From Parcubacteria group bacterium M6-OD1-4 (lineage in GTDB: Bacteria > Patescibacteriota > Patescibacteriia > Patescibacteriales > UBA12465), in assembly GCA_003056205.1 (NCBI GenBank), contig LSNS01000004.1:124630-188629 (forward strand): 64,000 nt of DNA, written 5' to 3'. Each line of letters opens with the position of its first letter. The stretch's first letter is position 1. Under the pieces are notes generated by a model. The model was not told where the DNA came from, ran no database searches, and saw only the letters and a list, made by a program, of their open reading frames with translations. A program made the translations under genes and the position numbers. Shown piece after piece: positions 38,843 through 47,688 of this stretch.

Positions 38843-39529
38843 ATGAAGAAACCAATAGGAAAATTTATTGTCATTGACGGCACAGACGGTAGTGGCAAAG
38901 CGACGCAACTTGATCTCTTAGTTCAACGATTGGAAAACAAGGGGTACCAAGTAAAAACCGCTGATTTTCCACAATATAACACTAAATCAGCAGGAGCAAT
39001 TGAAGAATATTTATCCGGCAAATATGGAACAGCTGAAGAGGTCGGTCCTTATAAAGCTTCAATTTTCTATGCCACTGATCGTTATGATGCTAGTTTTAAA
39101 ATAAGAGAATGGTTAAGTGCTGGTTATATTGTCCTCTCTAATCGCTATACTAGTGCGAATATGGGACATCAGGGCGGAAAAATAAGCAATTCTGTAGAAC
39201 GACGAGTTTTCTTCGATTGGCTAGACGATTTAGAATATAAAATATTTGGAATTCCACGACCAGACCTGTCTCTCATCCTTCATGTTGAATCTCGAGTTGC
39301 TCAAAAATTAGCTAAAGATAGGGGCCGAGAAGATTGGGTTGGTAAAAAAAATGATATTCACGAAAACAATCTTCATCATCTTCAAATGGCAGAGAAGGTT
39401 TATCTAGAAATAGCCAATAGTTTTCCAAATTTTGAATTAATTAATTGTACAAAAAATAAAAAAATTTTTAGTCGCGAGAAAATTAGTCTCCTAGTTTGGC
39501 AAGTGGTAGAAAAATTAATAAATCAATAA
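38843..39529 (+). CDS. tmk: thymidylate kinase
   Basis: FIVIDGTDGSGKATQ, FPQY, DRY, NRYTSAN..HQ, PDL. Confidence 0.92.
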   Translation: MKKPIGKFIVIDGTDGSGKATQLDLLVQRLENKGYQVKTADFPQYNTKSAGAIEEYLSGKYGTAEEVGPYKASIFYATDRYDASFKIREWLSAGYIVLSNRYTSANMGHQGGKISNSVERRVFFDWLDDLEYKIFGIPRPDLSLILHVESRVAQKLAKDRGREDWVGKKNDIHENNLHHLQMAEKVYLEIANSFPNFELINCTKNKKIFSREKISLLVWQVVEKLINQ

Positions 39530-39531
39530 AA

Positions 39532-39978
39532 ATGAATAATAATCTCTCCCACAATTTGATTCTCAGAATTGAACGACTTAGTCCGCAAGCCAAGCTGCCA
39601 CAAAAAGCTCATCCAGGTGATGCGGCTTATGATCTCTATGCGAATGATTATTACTCTCTAGAGCCTCAGCAACAAGCGATAATTAAGATTGGTGTAAAAA
39701 TGGCTATTCCTGAAGGATTCGTCGGTTTAATCTGGGATAAGAGTGGTCTCGCCTCTCAAGGTCTGACGACAATCGGTGGTGTGATTGATGCTAATTATCG
39801 AGGAGAAATTAAGGTAATTCTTAAAAATTTAAGTCAAGAAGTTTTTAAAATTATTCCCGAACAAAAGGTGGCCCAAATTTTAATACAAGAAATCGCTAAA
39901 ATAGAAATAAAAGAGGAAAAAATAACTAACACTACTGAACGTCAAGACCGAGGTTTTGGGAGTTCAGGACAATTCTAA
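39532..39978 (+). CDS. dut: dUTPase (trimeric)
   Basis: AAYDL, KSGLA, GVIDANYRGEI, AQ, RGFGSSG; ATG 39532 preferred. Confidence 0.93.
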   Translation: MNNNLSHNLILRIERLSPQAKLPQKAHPGDAAYDLYANDYYSLEPQQQAIIKIGVKMAIPEGFVGLIWDKSGLASQGLTTIGGVIDANYRGEIKVILKNLSQEVFKIIPEQKVAQILIQEIAKIEIKEEKITNTTERQDRGFGSSGQF

Positions 39979-39979
39979 T

Positions 39980-41485
39980 ATGACTTATGATGTAATTATC
40001 GGTTTAGAAATTCATGCCGAATTAAAAACTAAAAGCAAAATGTTTTGTTCCTGCGATAACAATTCTCAGGATAAGGCTCCAAATACTGCGGTCTGTCCAA
40101 TTTGTTTAGGGCATCCTGGTACACTGCCGGTCCCTAACAAACAAGCAATTAACTGGACAATTTTAACTGGCCTAGCTCTTCATTGTCAAATTAATCGTCT
40201 TTCTAAATTTGATCGAAAAAATTATTTTTATCCCGATCTACCAAAAGGATATCAAATATCTCAATATGATCAACCTTTAACCTACAAGGGTTATTTAGAA
40301 ATTGATGGCCGAAAAATAGATATTACCCGAATTCACCTTGAAGAAGACACGGGTAAATCTTTGCATTTTAAAAAAGAAAATTATACTTTATTGGATTTCA
40401 ATCGAGCGGGCACCCCCTTAATGGAATTAGTTACTGAACCGGTAATTAAGGATGCTAGCGAAGCTAAAAAGTTTTGTCAAAATTATCAACGAATTTTACG
40501 CTATTTAGATATTAGTAATGCCGATATGGAGAAAGGACAGATGCGTTGCGAAGCGAATGTTAGTGTCCAAAAAAAGGGTCATTGGGAATATAAAGATGGT
40601 TTGATTCTAGCAAAGAATAATAAAGAATTAAGCGCTAAAGTAGAGGTTAAAAATATTAATTCCTTCCGAGCAGTTGAAAAAGCAATTAACTTCGAAATTA
40701 AACGGCAGACTGCCTTATTAGAAGAAAATAAAAAGGTTTTAGGAGAAACACGGGGTTGGAATGAACATCAAAATGCCACAGTTGGGCAACGCTTAAAAGA
40801 AAGTTCCGCCGATTATCGTTATTTTCCTGAACCAGATATTCCAATCCTCAAAATTGACGACAACCTAATAGCTGATATTCGATCCCAATTGCCAGAACTA
40901 CCCGAAGCCAAAAAAGAACGTTTTATGAAAGAATATGATTATTCTGAGAAGTTGGCGAGTATTTTGGTTAATGATAAAAAATTAGCCTCTTGGACAGAAG
41001 AAGTCATTTCAGAATTAAAGGCTTGGATTAAGGCTACCGGCGATAAATTTGAACGTCAAGAAAAACGTTTGGCCAAAGCGGCGGCTAATTTAATTACTGG
41101 TGAATTACTAAAGCATCTCAATACTGATAACAAGAAAATTAGTGATTTAAATATTACTGCAGAAAATTTTGCGGAATTAATAACTTTAATTTATCAACAA
41201 AAGGTTAATTCATCGGCGGGACAAAGGATTTTAGAAGAAATGTATCATCACGGTGGTGATCCGACAGATATTATGGATAATTTAGGCTTAAAGCAATTAG
41301 ATAATTCCGCCGAACTAGAAACTTTCGTTAAAAAAATTATTCAGGCTCATCCCCAACAATTAGCTCAATATCGTCAGGGAAAAGTCAACGTCATCCAATT
41401 TTTCATCGGGAAAGTTATGGCCGAAACTAAAGGAAAGGCTAATCCAAAAATTGTCCGTGAGTTATTAGAAAAACTATTAAAATAA
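39980..41485 (+). CDS. gatB: Asp/Glu-tRNA amidotransferase subunit B
   Basis: IGLEIHAEL, FDRKNYFYPDLPKGYQISQ, EVKNINSF, DYRYFPEPD; ATG 39980 preferred. Confidence 0.97.
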   Translation: MTYDVIIGLEIHAELKTKSKMFCSCDNNSQDKAPNTAVCPICLGHPGTLPVPNKQAINWTILTGLALHCQINRLSKFDRKNYFYPDLPKGYQISQYDQPLTYKGYLEIDGRKIDITRIHLEEDTGKSLHFKKENYTLLDFNRAGTPLMELVTEPVIKDASEAKKFCQNYQRILRYLDISNADMEKGQMRCEANVSVQKKGHWEYKDGLILAKNNKELSAKVEVKNINSFRAVEKAINFEIKRQTALLEENKKVLGETRGWNEHQNATVGQRLKESSADYRYFPEPDIPILKIDDNLIADIRSQLPELPEAKKERFMKEYDYSEKLASILVNDKKLASWTEEVISELKAWIKATGDKFERQEKRLAKAAANLITGELLKHLNTDNKKISDLNITAENFAELITLIYQQKVNSSAGQRILEEMYHHGGDPTDIMDNLGLKQLDNSAELETFVKKIIQAHPQQLAQYRQGKVNVIQFFIGKVMAETKGKANPKIVRELLEKLLK

Positions 41486-41507
41486 TTAGCTAATAATCTA
41501 AATCTAA

Positions 41508-41536
41508 AAAAAGCTTAAGTATTACTTGAGCTTTTT
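41508..41536. terminator. bidirectional terminator gatB/miaA
   Basis: AAAAAGCTTAAGT-ATT-ACTTGAGCTTTTT. Confidence 0.8.
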
Positions 41537-41540
41537 ATTA

Positions 41541-42491
41541 CTATTTTTTCATTTTCTCTAATACTTCCTGATAACTTTTTACCCATTCAATCTTCTTTCC
41601 TTGTTTTTCCCAACGTTTAAACCAAGTTTTTTGGCGTTTCGCAAAACGATAAGTAGCCTGAGCTAATTTATCGATCATTTCTGAATAACTTAATTCTTCT
41701 AAGAGATGTTGGCTAATAAATTTATATTCTAAACCAAAGGATTTCAAACGTTGCCAAGATAAACCCTGCTCATGCAAAGCTTGAACTTCAGCAACCATTC
41801 CCTCTTTTTCTAAACGTTCTAAAATTCGTTGTAAAATTCTTTCTCGAAGAATTTTATCAGACCAAGACAAGCCAAAAATTAAAAAATCATAAGGAGACTT
41901 TTTCCGGGTTTTCCCAGGGATTATCCCCGCTTCAACAATTTCTAAATAACGTACTAAATGACGAATATTATGGCGTTCACTATTATTTAAATGTTGAGCA
42001 AATTCTGGTTTGAGTTTAGTAATTTTTGATAACAATTCTTCAGCGCTTAGGTCTTCATTCTGAGCACGCTGGATTAAATTAGGTTTAATGGTTGATAAAT
42101 TATAGTGATCAACTACCGCTTGGAGATATAAGCCACTACCACCAACAATAATTGGTAATTTGTGTCGAGCTAAAATATCTTTAATAGCCTGAAAAGCTAG
42201 TTTCTGATACTGTGCTAAATCAAATTTAACTTGGGGACTAACGACGTCAATCAAATGATATCTAACTTTCGGGCCACCCTGAGAATACTGAATCAAATCT
42301 TTTCCTGAACCAACATCTAAACCGCGATAAACTTGTCGACTATCAGCACTAATAATTTCTCCGGCAAATTGTCGAGCCAAATGAATAGCGAAAGCCGTTT
42401 TGCCACTAGCGGTTGGTCCAAGAATAACTAAAATCTGAGCTGGAGCCGAAGATGATTTAATTTCTTTTTTAATTTTGCTACTTGTCGCCAT
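41541..42491 (-). CDS. miaA: tRNA dimethylallyltransferase
   Basis: GPTASGKT, ISADSRQVY, GGSGLY, AKRQKTWF. Confidence 0.96.
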   Translation of the reverse strand: MATSSKIKKEIKSSSAPAQILVILGPTASGKTAFAIHLARQFAGEIISADSRQVYRGLDVGSGKDLIQYSQGGPKVRYHLIDVVSPQVKFDLAQYQKLAFQAIKDILARHKLPIIVGGSGLYLQAVVDHYNLSTIKPNLIQRAQNEDLSAEELLSKITKLKPEFAQHLNNSERHNIRHLVRYLEIVEAGIIPGKTRKKSPYDFLIFGLSWSDKILRERILQRILERLEKEGMVAEVQALHEQGLSWQRLKSFGLEYKFISQHLLEELSYSEMIDKLAQATYRFAKRQKTWFKRWEKQGKKIEWVKSYQEVLEKMKK

Positions 42492-42512
42492 AATTATAAA
42501 TATTAAGAACTA

Positions 42513-43838
42513 CTACTTTAATTCCCCTTCCAAACCGAAAGCTCGAGCCTTAGTTATTTTAATTTTTAGAAATTTTCCTGATAAATCTTTCTGATTTTTA
42601 ATATTTTTTAAATTCTTAATAACCACTGTCTGATAACTACTAGCTTTACCATGGTAATCACCATGTTTATTTTTCCCTTCCACTAAAATCTCTAAGGTCT
42701 GCCCTAAATATTTTTTATTATTTTCTAAGGCCGTTCGCTGAAGAATTTCATTTAATTTTTTAGCTCGTCGCTTTTTCTCAAGTGCCGAAACATTATCTTT
42801 CATTTTCGCCGCAAGTGTCCCAGGGCGAGGACTATATTGTAAAATATAAGCTAAATCAAATTTTAAATCTTCAAAAAGTTGAACAGTATGTTGAAATTGT
42901 TTTCTAGTTTCTCCTGGAAAACCAACAATGACATCAGTGGTAATTGCTATCCCTGGCTTAGCTAGTCTCATTTTTTTAATTAAACTTTGATAATGACGAG
43001 CGGTATACTGACGCTTCATTGCTCTTAAAATATCATCATCTCCAGATTGCACTGCTAAATGAAGATGAGAACAAACTTTTGGAGAAGAACCCATCACCAA
43101 CATTAATTCGGAACTTAAATCCTTGGGATGACTAGAAGAAAATCGTAACCAGAACTTTCCCGGAATTTTTATTAATTGAGCCAATAAACGGGAAAAATTA
43201 TAATCTTGATCTTGATAGCTATTAACATTTTGGGCAATTAAAATTATCTCCCGATATCCACGATGGACTAAACTACGCACTTCGGTAATAATATCTAGCG
43301 TCGGTCGATAAACTTCTGGGCCCCGAGCATAAGGCACCACACAATAGGAGCAAAAATTATTACAACCATTGCCAATCGGGACGTAAGCGGTAAATTTACT
43401 TTGATACTTAGGTGAAATATTAAGATATTTTTCGCCCTTTTCTAAACGGATATCATCTAAACTAAAATAAGGTTCATAAGTCTGACCTTGCAATAATTCT
43501 GGTAATTGGAGGAGTTCATTAATTGGTAAAAAAATATCGGCTCGACCACGTAAACGTTTTTGGACATCCGCCCGTCGACTTAAACAACCAGCAACAATAA
43601 CTTTGGCCTGGGGATTATATTTATTAACTTGGTTAATCAGTCCATAAGCCCGATCTTCAGCTGGTTGACGCACTCCACAAGTATTGATAATTACTATTCC
43701 GGCAGTTTTAAAATTAGTGACCTCTTGAAAACCATTATTATCCAAGAAGGCGGCTAAACGTTCACTGTCAGCTTGATTCATTTGACAGCCAATGGTCATT
43801 AAGTAATAAGTCTTATTTTTTGGTGTTGATATTTTCAT
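42513..43838 (-). CDS. miaB: tRNA-2-methylthio-N6-dimethylallyladenosine synthase (radical SAM)
   Basis: GCQMN.ADSE, NTC, GC, CNNFCSYC, IVGFPGET, YSPRPGT; adjacent to miaA. Confidence 0.93.
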   Translation of the reverse strand: MKISTPKNKTYYLMTIGCQMNQADSERLAAFLDNNGFQEVTNFKTAGIVIINTCGVRQPAEDRAYGLINQVNKYNPQAKVIVAGCLSRRADVQKRLRGRADIFLPINELLQLPELLQGQTYEPYFSLDDIRLEKGEKYLNISPKYQSKFTAYVPIGNGCNNFCSYCVVPYARGPEVYRPTLDIITEVRSLVHRGYREIILIAQNVNSYQDQDYNFSRLLAQLIKIPGKFWLRFSSSHPKDLSSELMLVMGSSPKVCSHLHLAVQSGDDDILRAMKRQYTARHYQSLIKKMRLAKPGIAITTDVIVGFPGETRKQFQHTVQLFEDLKFDLAYILQYSPRPGTLAAKMKDNVSALEKKRRAKKLNEILQRTALENNKKYLGQTLEILVEGKNKHGDYHGKASSYQTVVIKNLKNIKNQKDLSGKFLKIKITKARAFGLEGELK

Positions 43839-43848
43839 TTTTTAATCT

Positions 43849-45618
43849 TTAAAATTTGTTTTTTAGCTCTAACTGGTATAAACCAAAACGAAGATTTAAT
43901 TTTCTAATTAATTTAAGTCGTAAATTATAAGGTTTTAATTTACGATTATTTAAATAATTAACAGTAGCTTGATTTAAATAAAAATTATAATAATAAACTG
44001 GATAATACTTTAGCAATTTAGTGGCCGTTAATTGAATCTGCCGATTAGGCAAAGTGCCAACAATTACCTGTCGCTCAGGCCAAAAATATTTATCATTATA
44101 ACGAGTAATAATTATAGAATTAGGAGCCGTCAAAGACCAAACTTGTTGAGTAGTTATTTTCTCAATTTGATCATGATAATACAAGTATCCCAACCCTTCA
44201 TCGGAACCATATAACACAAATATAATAGAAGAACTAGCGATAATTAAAATAAATAGAACCTGCAGGGCGGTACTAATTATTTTTTTCATTCGCACTGATT
44301 TATATAATTTAGAAAAAGAAATTGCCCGACTGAGACGAATTAAAGCTAAAGCAACTAAGGGAAATAATCCTAAATAAATTGGTAACCAATAACGTGTATA
44401 GGAATTGCCAATTGTAAATTGATGAATATTAGGATTATCATTAAATTTCCAGCTACCATAATAAAGAATTAAAATGGCACTTAATACTAAGTAACTGATA
44501 GAATAAACTAAATATTTTTTTTGAAAATGACGATAATTCTTTTCGATTAAAAAAACAAAACCTAAAAAACCACCATAAAAAATAAAAGGAAACATTCGAA
44601 AAATATAATGTCCCGCCATGACCAAAGATTGTTTAAAATTAAAACCAAAATAAAAAACATTAATAAAGATTTGTTGGAAATACTGACGATAATAATTAAA
44701 TTGTCCAGTCCAAGTAGATTTAATAATCCCTCCACTAGAAAGAGCGATATTATTCAAAGAACTATTCATCGCTGGATAACCACCGTGCCAAAAAATACCG
44801 TAAATAATTTGATTATAATAGGCAACTGGCAACATCGCTAGCACAATCGCAGAAATAAACAAAATCGGCTTAGTTAAACCGAGACGGCGAGCATAAAACA
44901 ACCAAATTATTATCAATACTGGCAAGAGCCATAAGAGTTCAGAAGTACGAGTGATAATTGCCAGACCAGTGAATAAGCCACCAATAAAAATTGCTAATAG
45001 TTCCCACCATTGTCGTGCTGGCAAAGACCAAGTCAAAAATTTTGTCTTTAATTTTATCGTTTTAGGTCCCCAAGCCAGAAGAGAAAAATATAGGCCAGCT
45101 AAAAGTAAAACAATGAACAAAACATTGTGGAACATACTCCGAACTGTATAGTAAATATAAACTGGAAAACTGGCTAATAAAAAAGCAGACCACAGAGCCA
45201 CTCGTTCTGAAAATAAGCGTTTTATTATTAAATAGAAAAGAATTAGCCCCCAGGCAGCAAACCAGGGAGTCAAGAAAGGAATGACTGCCGAACCCAAAAG
45301 AGCAGCTAGCTGCCCATAAATTAGAATAATACCGAGAAAACTAACTGGTTTTAACCATCCCTGGTCACTGCGCACACTCCGCGGAATAACTAGTCCCTGA
45401 CCAATAAGATCGGCTTGGCTGAAAACGGCTAATTGCCGAGTTTGACTAAAATTCTTAGCAAAAAAATAATTGGCAGTTTCATCTGGAGAAGACCATTTTA
45501 CATAATTTCGAGATTGAGAATAGTAATTAAAACTAGCTGTGGCTAAAAAGAAAAGAAGTGCTAATAATACTACCAAAATTAAACTAAAATATTTTTTTAT
45601 CAGTACCTTAAAAGTCAT
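43849..45618 (-). CDS. GT-C fold (ArnT/PMT-like) membrane glycosyltransferase
   Basis: WSSPDETANY after first TM, ~12 TM, GLAIITR, RYWLP. Confidence 0.75.
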   Translation of the reverse strand: MTFKVLIKKYFSLILVVLLALLFFLATASFNYYSQSRNYVKWSSPDETANYFFAKNFSQTRQLAVFSQADLIGQGLVIPRSVRSDQGWLKPVSFLGIILIYGQLAALLGSAVIPFLTPWFAAWGLILFYLIIKRLFSERVALWSAFLLASFPVYIYYTVRSMFHNVLFIVLLLAGLYFSLLAWGPKTIKLKTKFLTWSLPARQWWELLAIFIGGLFTGLAIITRTSELLWLLPVLIIIWLFYARRLGLTKPILFISAIVLAMLPVAYYNQIIYGIFWHGGYPAMNSSLNNIALSSGGIIKSTWTGQFNYYRQYFQQIFINVFYFGFNFKQSLVMAGHYIFRMFPFIFYGGFLGFVFLIEKNYRHFQKKYLVYSISYLVLSAILILYYGSWKFNDNPNIHQFTIGNSYTRYWLPIYLGLFPLVALALIRLSRAISFSKLYKSVRMKKIISTALQVLFILIIASSSIIFVLYGSDEGLGYLYYHDQIEKITTQQVWSLTAPNSIIITRYNDKYFWPERQVIVGTLPNRQIQLTATKLLKYYPVYYYNFYLNQATVNYLNNRKLKPYNLRLKLIRKLNLRFGLYQLELKNKF

Positions 45619-45653
45619 TATTCTCCTATTAATCTTTAGATAAACTTAAATTA

Positions 45654-45696
45654 ATAGTATCTAAAATTGCCAATTTTGGCAAGAATTTGTTATGAT
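45654..45696. promoter_or_regulatory. divergent promoters built on palindrome TTGCCAA-TT-TTGGCAA (45667-45682)
   Basis: Plus: TTGCCA-18bp-TATGAT(45691, extended TG). Minus: TTGCCA-17bp-TACTAT. Confidence 0.6.
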
Positions 45697-45702
45697 TAAG
45701 AC

Positions 45703-47688
45703 ATGATAAAAAGAATTATAAATTGTCCAAAAATTATTCATAATTTAAACGATATTTCCTTATTGTTAGTGGTTTTAACGATTATTTGGGGAACTATTGT
45801 CTATTATCTATATGCTCTAAATCTTTTCGGTATTATTATTTCCCTAATTTTAATTATCGCTAGTTTTGTTATCCTTTATCCCTACTGGAATAAAAGACAA
45901 ACTATAACAGCTGATTTACAACTTAAGTACCAATATCAGATAAAACACAAAATAATTCCCACTTTAAAGAGTAAAATTCTAATTATAATTTACGCTTTAT
46001 TATATTTAATTCTGATTCAACAATTATTCCTGAGTCGAACTAGCCGAGCAATAATTTCTCCTTGGCAAGTAGTTGGTCAACCTTTCTTTTATCTTTATTT
46101 TTTGATTTCCCTGGTTCTAATTCTAATTCTTCTGCAAAAAACCATTGATCAGCGTTTAAAGATAATTTTAGTTTCGGCCCAATATTTAATTAGCTTTTCA
46201 ATTGCCATGATTGTTTACAAGATTGCCTATGGTTTTGATCCTATTATTCATCAGGCTACGATGGAATTAATTGCCAAAAAAGGATTTGTTCTTCCGAAGA
46301 CACCCTACTATTTAGGAGAATATAGTCTAATTATTATTATCCATCGAATAACTAGTTTTTCCATTGCTATTTTGAATAAGATTCTTGTTCCCGGATTAAC
46401 CGCTCTATTTTTGCCAACAGCTCTCTATCGTTTTTTGAAAAATAAAAACAAAAATTTTCCTCTCGCTCTCCTGTTTTTATTAATTTTGGGTTTTTCACCT
46501 TTTATTCTCAGTACTCCTCAAAATCTTAGTTATCTCTTCTTGTTGTTAACTGTCTTAGCGAGCTTCAATTATCCTGATTTATCTCGTGTTTATTTATTAG
46601 CAATCGCCACAGCCGCTATTCATCCTGTAACGGGTTTACCAGCGCTTATTTTTGTTCTTTGGCTCAGTTTTAAAAAATATCAACAGCGCTTAAAACCACT
46701 TTGGCAAAAAATTACTAAAACTTTTATTTTTATTTTAATGGGCGGAGCAATTCCAGGGGCATTAGTAATCGGTGGTGGTGGACACTGGCAAACAATTAAT
46801 CACTACTCTTGGTCTTTTTTTTCACCGCTAAAAGATTTAATTGCTCACCCAATTATGGCTGGTCAAGAAGATGTAATTTCTAACTTTATTTATTTCCTGG
46901 CCAGTAACTACAACATTTTCATAATCATCGCTATTCTGATGGCGCTATTATATTATTATCAAGTATCAGTAAGAGATAGACATGCTAAAATTGTAAACAA
47001 TTCTTTAGTGGTGATTAGTTTTGCTTTATTATTCAGCTATTTATTGAGCAAACAAATTATCTTTAAAGATTTAATTTCTTACGAACAAGCCAACTACAGC
47101 CAACGTTTACCAATCATCATCATGATTTTCTTATCACCCTTCCTAATCCGTGGTTTAAATAATATAATTATCAAAATTCGGCAACAAAAAAAAATGATCC
47201 AAATCATTTTTTTAACTACCGGCTTAATATTATTAACAACTAGCTTATATTTATCATATCCTCGCTGGGATAAATATTGGAATAGTCATGGTTATAGTAC
47301 CAGTCAGAACGACATTTTAGCTGTCCAATCTATTGCTCAAAATGCTCAACAACAAGCTTATCTGGTTTTAGCTGATCAACAAGTTAGTGCGGCGGCTTTG
47401 AAAGAATTCGGTTTTAATCATTATTATCAAACTAAATCTGGAAAAAACTATTTTTATCCAATTCCGACTGGGGGCTCTCTATATCAATACTATTTAAAAA
47501 TGGTTTATACTAAACCTCAAGTTCAAATTATGAATCAAGCTCTTCGTCTTATGGGAGTTTCAACGGGTTATTTAGTTATCAACAAATACTGGCATAACAG
47601 CGATCGTTCTATTAATGAAGCTAAACTGCAAGCTCGGAAATGGTGGACAATTAATCAAGAAATTTATATTTTTAAATACCAAGATTAA
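45703..47688 (+). CDS. large polytopic membrane protein, possibly GT-C-like
   Basis: About 14-16 hydrophobic segments, YGFDPIIH loop, IHP, soluble C-terminal domain. Confidence 0.6.
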   Translation: MIKRIINCPKIIHNLNDISLLLVVLTIIWGTIVYYLYALNLFGIIISLILIIASFVILYPYWNKRQTITADLQLKYQYQIKHKIIPTLKSKILIIIYALLYLILIQQLFLSRTSRAIISPWQVVGQPFFYLYFLISLVLILILLQKTIDQRLKIILVSAQYLISFSIAMIVYKIAYGFDPIIHQATMELIAKKGFVLPKTPYYLGEYSLIIIIHRITSFSIAILNKILVPGLTALFLPTALYRFLKNKNKNFPLALLFLLILGFSPFILSTPQNLSYLFLLLTVLASFNYPDLSRVYLLAIATAAIHPVTGLPALIFVLWLSFKKYQQRLKPLWQKITKTFIFILMGGAIPGALVIGGGGHWQTINHYSWSFFSPLKDLIAHPIMAGQEDVISNFIYFLASNYNIFIIIAILMALLYYYQVSVRDRHAKIVNNSLVVISFALLFSYLLSKQIIFKDLISYEQANYSQRLPIIIMIFLSPFLIRGLNNIIIKIRQQKKMIQIIFLTTGLILLTTSLYLSYPRWDKYWNSHGYSTSQNDILAVQSIAQNAQQQAYLVLADQQVSAAALKEFGFNHYYQTKSGKNYFYPIPTGGSLYQYYLKMVYTKPQVQIMNQALRLMGVSTGYLVINKYWHNSDRSINEAKLQARKWWTINQEIYIFKYQD

